Origin: Hyaloraphidium curvatum SAG 235-1 | Taxonomy: Eukaryota; Fungi; Monoblepharomycota | DNA length: 64,000 bases | NCBI GenBank assembly: GCA_025558095.1 | Contig: JAIVFI010000006.1 | Span: 62,001-126,000 of the forward strand | Reading direction: 5' to 3' | Translations under genes and position numbers: made by a program | Shown here: piece after piece, positions 44,372 to 55,313 of the stretch | How the letters are laid out: the number at the start of each line of letters is the position of its first letter | Position numbering within the stretch: the stretch's first letter is position 1 | Notes under the pieces: generated by a model | Seen by the model: the letters and a program-made list of their open reading frames with translations, nothing else | Told to the model about the DNA's origin: nothing | The model's database searches: none

Positions 44372-46717
44372 ATGGCCGCCGCGCGCCCGCTCGGCCCGTA
44401 CTTCACGCCGCTGAACCCGATGGCGAACCCGATGGCGCTGCCGCGGGGGGCGCCGCCGCAGCAACTGCCCGGGGGGCTGCCGCCCGCACAGCTCGGGCAA
44501 AGCCCCGTGCCGCTCAACTACGGCTACGCAGCGTACCCGCAGAACACCGGCATGCCCTCCACCGGGGTGCCCGGCATGCCCGGGCTGCCGGCAACGTATC
44601 CTGGCTACCAGCTGCAGCCCGCCGCCCTGCAGCCGCAGCCGCTCACCGGCGCACCGCCCTACGTGGCCTACGGCTACCCCTCCGCCCCCGCCTCGGCCCC
44701 CGCCTACGGCTATCAGCCCTCCCTTCCCCCGCACGCCGCCTACGCACAAGCCCAGGCCATGCAGATGCAGGCCCAGGCCCAGGCGCAGCAGGCCGCCATC
44801 GCGCACGCACAGGCCGTCCACGCCCAGCAGATGCAGTACCAGGCCGCGCAGGCACAGGCGCAGCACCAGGCCGCGCTGATGCAGGACCAGCTGCAGGCCA
44901 TGCAGCGCTCGGCGGGGAGCCAGTCGGGGCTGCACGGACTGCACGCGGCCGCGGGGCCGCGCAAGGCTGCGTCGGTGCAGATGCCGCAGCAGCCTTCCCA
45001 CGCCCTGCAGACGATCAAGCGGTCCCCGTCATACGGGTCGGTGGCGTCGGGCATGCCGCTCAGTGCGGGCACGGCGGGACAGCAGGCCGCACAGCAGCCG
45101 CCCGCGCTCAGCAAGGAGACCGGCAACGCCACCCTGATGGGCGCCCTCACCCTGAGCGCCGTCGCCAGCGCTGCCGCGCTCTCCCGCGGCTCCCCCGCCG
45201 CGGGCAGCCCCCCTTCCGCATCCTCGGACCCGCACGCCCGCCCCGCCGCCCCCTCTCCCACCCCACCACTCCGCCCCTCACCCCCGATCGTCCGCACCCT
45301 CGACCCCGCCGCCCAGCGCACCCTCGAAGCCGCCGTTGCCTCCGCCGCCTCGCACCGGCAGCAGGCTCAGCAGGCCGCCGCGCGCATGTCGGCGTTGCCG
45401 CGGCCGGACCTCGGCAGCGGCGGGCTGGGCGAAGCCCCAGTGATCACCGTCAGCCTGGCGCGCGATCCCGCGGCGACGCCCACCTCTGCGCCCTCGGAAC
45501 CGATGCCCCTGCAGGCGCCCAACAGCCCCGCATCGGACGCCTCGGTGTACCCCGGCCGCGCGCGCAGCGGGACCCCCGCGCCGCCGAGCCTCCCCCCGCT
45601 CGCGCAGGCATTGGCGGCGGCGAGCACCAACCCCACCCTCGCCCCCCGCGCGCCGTCGTTCGACGGGCTCTCCCCCCAGCCCGCTTTGGCGACTCTCGAA
45701 CCCGACCCATCCCGCACGCACTCGTCGGGCTCCCTGGCCCCGCTGGGCTCCTCGGCCGACCTGCTGTTCGGGAACCGCTCCCCCTCCGAACTGCTGCACC
45801 TCCGCTCCCCCTCGGACCCGTTCAAATCCGGCATCCCCCGCGCCGAAAGCTCCTCCACGAGCTCGACCACGCTGTGCTGGTCCCCGCACTACCCGCCCTA
45901 CCCGGCGTACCGCATGCCCGCGCATTTCGGCGCCGTACCGATGCCGATGCCGATGCAGGGGCAGGGGTACGGCCACCCCATCCCGCTCGTCGACGACCCC
46001 GCTTTCAGGATGCTCAGGGGGGACCCGGTGCTCCCCGTCAACAGGGGCCCGAGCGCGGCGGACTCGCTCGCCGGACGCACGTGGAGCTCGGGATCCCGCC
46101 CCTCGGGCGGCCTGGCGGCCGCGGAACCCAACCCCGCCCCGACGCCGGGCGACAGGGCCGGCAGCGGGAACCTCGAGCTGCTGGCCGACATTGCCCGCGA
46201 CTCCACCGGCGCGACGCCCTCGGCCCCGCCGTCGGCACGGTCTTCCCTCTCGCCGCCCCCGGGGCACAGGCACCTCCCGGCAAACAGCCCGCTCAAGACG
46301 CTGCAGGCCACCGGCGCGCGCACGGTCGACGAGCTGCTGCTGACGCCGGAGCAGGAGGCCGCGATGCCCGAGGACCTGAGGCGAGAGTACGAGGCCAGCA
46401 TCGGGCAGCTCCTGTCGTCGGAAGCGCCCGCGGCCGTCGGCGCGGCGCGCAAGCCCAAGGGCCGCCCGAAATCGTCGCACCTGCTCAGCCCCCAAGTGAG
46501 GCATCTGAAGCTCCTGCGGAGGCGCAAATCGAACCGCGAGGCGGCGAGGAGGTGCAGGGCAAAGAAGAAGCGCGCGGCGATGATCGCCGCGGGGCTGCTG
46601 CCCCCCGAGGCCGCGGACGAGCCGCTCGAGATCGGGCCCGGCAGGTCGAGGGGGGGGAGCGAGGAGGCGGAGGGGATGCTGGAGGATGTGGAGGAGGAAG
46701 ACGAGGGGGAGGAGTGA
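44372..46717 (+). CDS. Transcription-factor-like protein: Q/A/P-rich with a C-terminal bZIP basic region
   Basis: 781-aa ORF; RRRKSNREAARRCRAKKK matches the bZIP N-x7-R motif; QA-rich stretch; acidic tail. Confidence 0.8.
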   Translation: MAAARPLGPYFTPLNPMANPMALPRGAPPQQLPGGLPPAQLGQSPVPLNYGYAAYPQNTGMPSTGVPGMPGLPATYPGYQLQPAALQPQPLTGAPPYVAYGYPSAPASAPAYGYQPSLPPHAAYAQAQAMQMQAQAQAQQAAIAHAQAVHAQQMQYQAAQAQAQHQAALMQDQLQAMQRSAGSQSGLHGLHAAAGPRKAASVQMPQQPSHALQTIKRSPSYGSVASGMPLSAGTAGQQAAQQPPALSKETGNATLMGALTLSAVASAAALSRGSPAAGSPPSASSDPHARPAAPSPTPPLRPSPPIVRTLDPAAQRTLEAAVASAASHRQQAQQAAARMSALPRPDLGSGGLGEAPVITVSLARDPAATPTSAPSEPMPLQAPNSPASDASVYPGRARSGTPAPPSLPPLAQALAAASTNPTLAPRAPSFDGLSPQPALATLEPDPSRTHSSGSLAPLGSSADLLFGNRSPSELLHLRSPSDPFKSGIPRAESSSTSSTTLCWSPHYPPYPAYRMPAHFGAVPMPMPMQGQGYGHPIPLVDDPAFRMLRGDPVLPVNRGPSAADSLAGRTWSSGSRPSGGLAAAEPNPAPTPGDRAGSGNLELLADIARDSTGATPSAPPSARSSLSPPPGHRHLPANSPLKTLQATGARTVDELLLTPEQEAAMPEDLRREYEASIGQLLSSEAPAAVGAARKPKGRPKSSHLLSPQVRHLKLLRRRKSNREAARRCRAKKKRAAMIAAGLLPPEAADEPLEIGPGRSRGGSEEAEGMLEDVEEEDEGEE

Positions 46718-46968
46718 ACTCGAAGAGGGAGACGCATCTTTGGCGCGGGTTCGGGCAAAGAGATCTAGGATTTTCAAAGACATGTAGAGGCAAGACGCTT
46801 CACTCTGAAAAGGTGTACAGTTTACCATCTTCCGCATGCACAGTTAATGCACAGTTGAGCATAAGAGCCCGAACGTTGTTGTGACTACAGCAATGACTCA
46901 AGACAGGGACGCAGGCCCCGAAAGCTTGGTGACTCACACCAACTCTCAAACGCTCACCTCTGACAGAA

Positions 46969-48658
46969 ATGGACCCAAAACCCGAGGCAAATGCCTCCCC
47001 CGTGTCGCTTGCAAAGGCCCGGGACGCCTTGGCGGCGCTCGCCACCGACCCGGTGCGCAGGCCCGAGAACCCGTGGAAGCTCCTGTCGGAGCCCACGAAG
47101 CAGCAATGGCTCGCGTTCGTCGCCGCCTTCCTCGGCTGGACACTCGACGCTACCGATTACTTCCTCCTCACCCTGGCGGTGCCCGACATCGCCAAGGATT
47201 TTGGCCTCCCCACTTCGACCGTCACCTCGGCCATCACCCTCACGCTGCTCCTGCGCCCGCTCGGCGCCCTAATCTTCGGCCTCGCCGGGGACCGCTGGGG
47301 CCGGCGGTATCCTCTGATGGTCAACGTCGTCCTGTATTCCGCCCTGGAGCTCGCCACGGGGTTCTGCCCCGACTTTGCTAGCTTCCTCGCCGTGCGCGCC
47401 CTCTTTGGCGTGGCCATGGGCGGCGAATGGGGCTTGGGGGCGTCGCTCGCGATGGAGGCGCTGCCGGTGGATTGCAGGGGGCTGTTTGCGGGGTTCCTGC
47501 AGCAGGGGTACGCGGCGGGGAACCTGCTCGCCTCGGGGATATTCGCGGCATCGTACGCCATCTGGCCAAACAACTGGAGGGCGCTGTTCTACATCGGGAG
47601 CTTCCCCGCGGTGCTCGTGCTTTTCATCCGGTTCGCCGTGCCGGAGAGCAAGGCCTTCGAGAACCAGAAGGCACGACGGGAAAGGACCTCGTCCAAGTTC
47701 TTCGCGGACATCAAGCTCACCATGCGGTCATACTGGGCGCGCGCAATCTACTGCACCATCCTGATGGCATGCTTCAATTTCCTCAGCCACGGGAGCCAGG
47801 ACCTGTATCCGACCTACATCACCGAGCAGCTCGGCTTCGATTCTGGCACCAAGGCGGCCACCATCGCCATCCAATCCACCGGCGCCATCATCGGCGGCAC
47901 CATTATCGGCTACTTTGGGCAGTACCTCGGCCGCCGCCGGGCCATGATCGCCGCCTGCGTCGCCGTCGGCGCGCTCGTCTACCCCTGGGCGTTCTCGTCC
48001 ACGGTGTCCGGCGTGCAGGCGTCGGCCTTCTTCATGCAGTTCTTCGTGCAGGGCGCTTGGGGGGCCGTTCCGTCGTACCTCGCGGAGATTTCGCCGCCGG
48101 CGGTCCGCGCCACCTTCCCTGGCCTCATGTACAACCTGGGCAACATGATCAGCTCAGCATCCGCGCAGATCGAGGCGACCATCGCGGATCGGTATCCGAC
48201 CAGTGGGTCCCCTGCGCATCGTCGCTGTTGCACTCATTCTGACGGCACCACGACTCGCTCCGTTGGGATTGAAAGCCAACTACCAAGGTACGCTGTCCGT
48301 GAACCCGTTTCCACCGTCACTCATACCCGTTTCACAAACAGGCCTACCGGTGCCAAACTACGCCCTGACCCAGGCCATCTTCGTCGGTTCCACCGCAGCC
48401 GCGCTGGTGCTGACCGTCTCGATCGGCGCGGAGAAACGGGACGCGGACCTGCAGGCCGGCGGTTTGGGGACCTTGGTGCGAGAAAAGGGAGGGACGATGC
48501 CGGCCGACGATGGGGGAAAGGCGAACGTGGTCGCGGTCGCGGATGCTGAAGGTGTGGATGCGGAAGTCGCGGTGGCACAGACCGAACAACAAGCCAGCGA
48601 TGATGCGGAAGCTCAGCAAGAGACGCAAATGAAGGCAGAATGGAGCGGCACGCTCTGA
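46969..48658 (+). CDS. JEN1: JEN1-family carboxylate/H+ symporter (MFS)
   Basis: Family motif NFLSHGSQDLYPT; GWTLDATD, DRWGRR, MGGEWG, QQGY and RATFPG..YNLGN. Introns 48203-48275 and 48288-48341. The symbol denotes the family, not proven orthology. Confidence 0.92.
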
Positions 48659-51031
48659 AAGAATCGTTGTACAGCTGCTATTCCTTTGTGCCTGGGAATT
48701 TGAGGCAGAAGCCACCGGTCACGCTGCGGCGATTCCGCTGCGTGGGGATCAGGGAAAGCCCGCCGCCGGGTGTGGCTTTGGGATGATGAAAGCCGTCACC
48801 GCGGGCTGTGTGGTATTGCGGCTTGTCGGAAATCCCGGAGAAGCCGTAGTATCCGGTCCTCTGGGTCTCGATCGGGCGGCGCAGAAAGACTCGAGCCCAG
48901 ATGGCCCAAGGTACGTTCCTGCGGCCGTCCTGCGTCCCAATCCGCGCCGCGTGCACGAGGGTCCCTATCCGCCGGACACACGAAGCTCCGCGTCCCGTCC
49001 GATGCGCTCGAACACCGCTCAACCGTGTACGGTCCCGATGACGAGGCTGGAGCGGGGCTGCCGCATCCGGGTACTTATGTCTGGTCAGCCATCATTCCGT
49101 GACCAGACGCCATCCGGGATGCGGGGACAACGACCAGCGAGACCTGATCCCGCCCTTGGGCAGGATCGCAGGCTCGGAGCCCCGCATCCCTGGATGAGGG
49201 CAGGCCCGCGCAACGACCGCATCCCAGCTCCCCACGTCGCGACATGGAACGGGGCTCGAAACGACGCAGGCAACGTGCATCGTTCCAGCCCCACCGTGCC
49301 GCGCCTGGGGTGACCCAGAGGTACATCGTGTTGGGGTAAAGCGGGGAACGGATGCTGGAGCTTCCACGGCGCCCAATGAAGGTAGTGATCGCAGCCGCGT
49401 CCCTTGCGGATGCGGTCGACGCAGCTGATCTCGGACGCCGAGGGTCCGGACGAGTTGACGCGCACGTGTCCGATGCGCGAGCCACCGAGCGCCTCCCGCG
49501 GATTGCTGGGGCTTCCGAGCCTGGCCGAGCGACGCGAGCTGCCATTCGATTCAATGTCGACACATGCCGGCTTCGATTCGAAGCAGGCCGCGTCGCCCCT
49601 GCGGCGACGAGAACAGGAATTTGCGAGGCGGTAGACACTGCGGCATTGACTTGCCGCGACCCTGATCGCGGCTGGCTACAGCGATCCCGGGCGCCTCGTG
49701 GGTAGCGCGCTAGCTTGCGAGAGCGTAGCATTCCGGTCCGCAATGCTTTCGGTCCCCCAGAAAGTGCAGGACCCAGAAAGTGCGCAGGGCGGGGCGCGCG
49801 AGTCCGAACGAGGTGGCTTCCGCGCCGCCGTTGCCAGTCCAAAGTCCGCTCCTGGAGCACCACTGCGCGGCGCGGCAAGGCGGACGCAAAGACGCCTCAT
49901 TTGATGCCCCGCCAGCCCGCGCCTCGATGGCCGGCCGCTCGGCCGGGCTCGTCCTTCTGTGGGGGCGTCGTCCCGTCCCGTCCTGCCCGGCCACACGCGG
50001 TGGGTCGGAACCGGTGCGGCGCCTCTTCATGCGGAAGGTCGCTGTCTTAACGGCGGCGACGCCCGTAGGATGACGCCGCGCCCGGTCGGTCCGAAGGGGC
50101 CAGGCCGTTTCCGTGATTGCCGGCTGCGTCCGTCCTAGATGGATCACGAACGCGTGGGGGAGCCGGACCAGCGCAGCTGGAGATAACGGCCATCATTGTT
50201 GTCATATGGCGACGATGTGCCCGCGCTCTGCCGCGCCCCGCTTGACACCGCTTCGCTGGGCGATGGGCGGTGATGACGTGGCGATTCGGCGACCAAACAA
50301 GCAAATCCAAAGGAGTGCCGCGACCTCCGCTTCGAGCTATCATAATGCCGACGCATGGCGGCATCGACCAGAAAGGGGGCCGCGTCGCCTCTGTGGCGAC
50401 AAGAACACATCCCCGAGGCACCCGCGAGGATCCTGGCCGCGACCTTCATCGCGGCTGGCTGCAACGATATCACGGGCGCCCCGTGGGCAAAGCACCAGTC
50501 TGGCCCGCCATCCTCGTGGTCCCCTAGAGAAGGGGTTAGCAGCCCGAGTCCCGGCCGGCCGGACGCCCCGGTCGCGGCGAGCGCCAGGCCGCAGGCGAGC
50601 GCGCCGTCGCAGAAGCAGAAGTACAGCTAAACGGCCATCAGCGAGGACCAACCCGGAGGACCAACCCCGACAACCCCACCCTTGAACGCAGCGAACCACT
50701 GGCCGATCCAGGGTCATCTTCTGCGGAGCTGAAGAGCGTTATCGAATCTGCGTCTCTGCTTCGAACGAGACGGTTCTGCGCATAGAATGAGGTCTTCGGG
50801 AGTAGCTGTCCGGGTCGGTGACGCAGACTTCAGAACCACCGAAACTCTTTACGCCCATCATGAAGGTAAGAAGTAGGGACCATCGAGACCTCAGGCGAGC
50901 CAATAAGGGGGAAAGGGCAGTAGGCCCGACAAAAGGGGTGGCGCGGCCGACCAAGCCGCTTGGCTGACGTCCCCCCCCATGCCCGACGTTCGCACCTCCC
51001 CACGGCCCACGACCGCCTGCCCCGAACCGCC

Positions 51032-52192
51032 ATGGCCGCGCGACTCGCCCTGGTCGCGCTCCTCTTCGCGACCCTCGCGGCGCCGGCGACCACGGCGTAC
51101 GTCACGTACTCCGTCTTCTGGAGGGGCGCCAACTGCGGGGCGCGTTTCCTCGACGCCTTCGTCACGCCGGGGCCGGTCGCCGCCGCCGGGAGCTGCCCGC
51201 GCGGCGTGCCGCGGAGCTTTGCCGAGGCGGCGGCGCGCTGTACCCCCGGCCAAGGGTCGTCGCGGTATTTCACGAGCTCGGTGTGATACAATTTGGCTGA
51301 CCGGCGGCTGCCCGCTTATGGCGGCATCCTGGGCATGCCGGAGAAGGCCGTGTACGACGCCTGTGGATCCTCTCCTCTTGTGACCGGCTGTGCTGTCCCT
51401 CACGGGTCCCCACAGTCGCCGCGAGGGCGCCGTCGACTTTCATGATTGTCCATTACAACTCGCGGGTGCTGCCCAAGCCCTGCAGGCCGCTGCAGCCGTT
51501 CCCCGACCTCTCCGCGTGGGCCACGAACGTGGCGCTCAGCGCGAGCACCACGTCGCGGTGCGCCTTCACTACGCGCGGGGCCTGCGACGGCACGACGAGC
51601 ATAGAGGCCTGCGCCAGCAACCGCTCCCTCGGTGTGTGGCGCGAAGCGACGCCCCGCTCCGTCAACGCTCACCCGCTCGCATGCAGCGTCACACCCCGCC
51701 CGCAACACGGCGATCAGGAACAGGCTCCCCAACGTGCCCAAGTTCACCACCGCCAGGAAAGCGACCACCACAAGGAGGGTGCTCACCACCGCCCGGCCGA
51801 GCTGCGCCCGGTGCCCCGCGGCCACGCCGTGCAAGTTCAATGCCGCTGCCGCTATCAACCGCACAGATGCCCTGGGGCTGCGCGCCGGACGCGCCTGCTC
51901 CTTCGGCGGGGACACGTGGGTCGTGATGGAGGTCTGCTACCCCAACCAGCCCGGTAGCTCGATCGCGAGCTGCTCCGTGCAGTGCCTAGCTTGGTGTGTG
52001 GCCGCTGCTCCCGCACGCCCCGCACCGGGGCTACAGTTCCCGATGTGGGCCTCTTTTTCCGTTTCCGGCACGGGAGAATTCGCCGTTGGCGTATGCCAGT
52101 GCGGGCAGAAGTGCTACGCGTTCAACGACCCGTCTTCGACGCCAGTGGCGAACTTTGCTTTCGAGATCCCCGGCGGCTGCACGGCGCTCTAG
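51032..52192 (+). CDS. Secreted Cys-rich protein of unknown function with an in-frame TGA (51284-51286); possibly a pseudogene
   Basis: Signal peptide MAARLALVALLFATLAAPATTA. Introns 51363-51415 and 51632-51686 give a continuous frame except for one TGA. Confidence 0.55.
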
Positions 52193-53041
52193 GCCCTAAA
52201 GGCCGCAGCCCGGTCTGGCCAGACGGTAATCTCTTGGCTCTACGAGACGAGAAGAGCCTGATCCGGAGCCATGACGTCGCATTGGAAGCGCGGATTGGAA
52301 GGCCCAAGGTACCGATCACGGCCGGGTGTGCCGTACCTATGTAGCAGAGCGATTATTTGGATGACGGTTCGCAAACCGAACAAGAACGTCCAAGGCACAC
52401 GTCCAACAAATCGCGGTAGAACCCATTCAATGGCTGACCACATCACATCAATCAAGAAAGGTCAAGTACAAGCGCGCCCGATCCACCTGCCCCGGGTGGG
52501 TGTAGGATGGGCGCCGGGCCGCACATCCTCGGCTTGGCGCGCCGCCGCGCGCAAGCGGGTCATCATCCGCCACATCGGAAGGTCCGTGTCTTGTGTGTGT
52601 GTAATCCGGATGCGGAAATCAGGCACTGTTGTTTCCGGGTACCGTAAAGGCTCAACAGCACGCCGAGGCTTGCTCACTGCCCCCGATTCAGCAGCCGCCT
52701 GGAACCGCTACACGAGCTCTGTCCCACTCTACATCGGGACTGGGTCCAGTAGCTAGCACCGCATCAACCGATCGTGTCTGCCGAGGCTGGCCAACCCAAG
52801 TCTGCCGTGGCCGGCTGTGGTCGCCTACATCCCGGCGACCCGGGCGACATTCACACGAGCGTGGCAATCCACGACTGTGTGGGGCTTCGGGACCTCGAAA
52901 TCCGAGGTCTCGGCGAAGGGCGGAGCGTGGCCGACGAAAGAAGGAGGCGGCTGCCTGGAGCGCTCTAGCTATAAAATTGCGCACGTACATGCCAAGTTAC
53001 GTTTCCCCGGATTGCAATTGAACGCATCGAATGGGGGTGGA

Positions 53042-53647
53042 TTACGTGCACTGCGTGGTCGGGCACGGGTTACCCTTCTTGGCATAGTGCGAGAATCCGA
53101 TGAAAGAGTCCCAAGTCGTGCAAACGCCGGCGTTCGTGAAGCAGTTCCTGGCCCTGGTAGAGTCAAAGCTGAAGTGTTGGCAGTTGCTGTCGGCCTCGCA
53201 AAGGGCCTTGCACGCGTCGAGGTCCGCCGTTTGGTGGCCGTCCCAGCGAGGCGTGCAGCAGTACTGGTTTGTCCCGCAGAGGGTGAAGGCGGGCTCCTCG
53301 TAACGGCGGTACAGAGAGTGCAGGTCCGCGGGTGCGCCGACGCAGGCGACGTGGCCTTCGGGGGTACCGGGGTAGGCGAACTCGCTGTAGCCAGCGGGGG
53401 GGGTGGATCAGCGCGGGAGCACGGGTGCGGTCCGGCTGGTGCACCCACCAGAAGGCGTCCTGAGCGCAGTCGCCGCACGAGCGGGCGAAGAGCACCTGCG
53501 CGCCCTGCGGGGCGGCGGAGGCGGAGCTGGCGGGCGCGCGATGAGCGGGGCCAACCGGGCGTGCGGGCACCGTTACCTGGCGAGCGCGGCCACGAGGAGC
53601 GCGGCTCCGGCGAGGGAGACAGCGCGGCGGCGGGTGGCGGGTGTCAT
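53042..53647 (-). CDS. Small secreted protein: signal peptide, 4-Cys module ending LYRR, PAN/apple-like domain; 3 exons
   Basis: Hand-spliced product MTPATRRRAVSLAGAALLVAALASSASA..FARSCGDCAQDAFCEFAYPGTPEGHVACV..LYRR..DACKALCEADSNCQHFSF..NC..TQCT*. Not visible as a single ORF in the supplied track. Confidence 0.8.
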
Positions 53648-54189
53648 GCTTGCTCTGTTCGGCGTGGGGACTCGAGGGGGGCCGGGGCGGGCGATGCTGA
53701 CGCTCGCAGTTGCCGGTCGAAAAAGTCGGGGTCCTCATCGGAGCATTATTGCCGCCGAGGGGCCGAGGCCGCGTCGGACCCTAGCAGCCGCCCGACGATG
53801 GCTTCCCGCCAACGCGTCCTTCCGCGCCGGCCATCAGCGTCAACGCAATGGCTGCCGATCTTTCGAGGTAGCACCACCGCCGCGGGTTTGCGGACGGCGT
53901 CGTCGTTGGTTGTTGGACCATTGCGGCGGCGCATCTAATCGGGCCGCCGAGCCGCAAGCCGCGTAGCCGCCGGTTAGGACCCGACCAATCTCGCCCGCAA
54001 CGACAATGGCCCCGCGTGCCCTCGTAATCGCCATTGTGACTGCGCAGCGATAACACCGTTTGAGCCTCAAGCCTGGTTTCGACCAGACTCTGGATGAGGT
54101 CTTCGGGGGTACGGCAGATCCACAAAGGCCCAGACCCCCAAAGGCAGCACCTCGTGTGCCCGCATCCGAATAAAAGTAAAGCAAAAGAC

Positions 54190-54450
54190 GCCAGCAACTT
54201 CCCCACCATACAAGAGAATCCATCAGGCAACCTCCACATCCACCATGAGGCAGGCAGTCACGCGGACCGACTTCCGTGGAGTGGCTGGTAGCTTCCATGG
54301 CCGGACGGTTTTCTTTGGAAGCTCTCCGGTACACATTGCTACACGGAGCCCACGCGAAAGAGCTTGCGAGGCTCCGAGCACGCATCCGACATATCCTGCC
54401 ACGGCGTCGTCCCGATGGGCGCCGAATACAACAAGTACTCCGCCGGCCAG
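54190..54450 (+). pseudogene. Degenerate duplicate of the upstream region and first codons of the methyltransferase gene
   Basis: Aligns with 54989-55372 (e.g. GTCCCGATGGGCGCCGAATACAACAAGTACTC) but lacks the 55062-55180 insert. Confidence 0.8.
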
Positions 54451-55061
54451 GCGGGGCGCGGTCATTATCGTCACAAGCCACGCGAACCCAAATGAGCTTG
54501 CCAGCGGGTGGCCGCAAAGATGAACTCAGCCTGGGATGTCCACTCCGTGATGCGTCTTCAGTCGGCAGAGCCAACACGTTGACTACAACGGCTAGAAGCC
54601 CCTTTCCGCAACCACTTCATGACAGTCTCTTCATGAACACTATTCTTGTCCAAGTGGAGTTTCGCAAAAGATTCTTTCATCACGACATCCCGAATCTCAT
54701 CACTACTACTTTTCCTCGGATGCTGCCGCGCCTGGTCGGTCCGAGGGGCAGGCGGCTTTCGTGATTGCAAACGGCGTCCGACCCGGGTCGCGGACAAGTG
54801 CGCGGGTCAGAGCGGCGCAGCATAAGCAAGGTAGTATCGTCGTCCTATTGGCAACGACGTGTCGGAAGCCGCGCCTCGCCGGTCCTTGTTGTCTTGGGCG
54901 GTCGTGATGATGTGGCGGTCCGGAACGCAAACAAACATAAAAAAACCCGTGGCGGCGAATCCGACGAAAGGAACCCAGGCAGGTAAGCCAGTAGCTCCCT
55001 TACCGCACAGATGAATCCATCTGGCACCTCCACATCCGCCATGAAGCAGGCACGCGGACCG

Positions 55062-55180
55062 CGGCACGGGCTCGGCGGCAGCACGGTGAGCGGACTCAAT
55101 TCGATCCTGCACGGCTGGCGTCTCCCTACATGCCTGGGTTACGGGTATGTCCCGGCCGGGTCCCACCGGCTGCGCATTTT
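55062..55180 (+). mobile_element. Short SINE-like element, copy 2
   Basis: Flanked by CGCGGACCG at 55053-55061 and 55181-55189; the paralogous site near 54260 has one CGCGGACCG and no insert; ends in TTTT. Confidence 0.7.
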
Positions 55181-55313
55181 CGCGGACCGGCTTTTGTGGA
55201 TTGGCTGGTAGCTTCCATGGCTGGTGGACATTCCTCGGAAGCTTGGCAACAACACATCGATCCAACGAACCCACGCGAAAGAGCCCGCGCGGGGCTCTAA
55301 GAGCGCGCCCGCC

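Noticed and set aside
48700-50950. ORFs of 100-270 aa, or a transposase within the inserted blocks
   Set aside because: No DDE, RT, tyrosine-recombinase or Helitron motifs recognised; no terminal inverted repeats seen.
55145-55180. Resemblance of GGCCGG-GTCCCA-CCGGCTG to the HDV ribozyme 5' end
   Set aside because: The P2/P3/L3/P4 elements of the nested double pseudoknot cannot be built; it is a simple hairpin.
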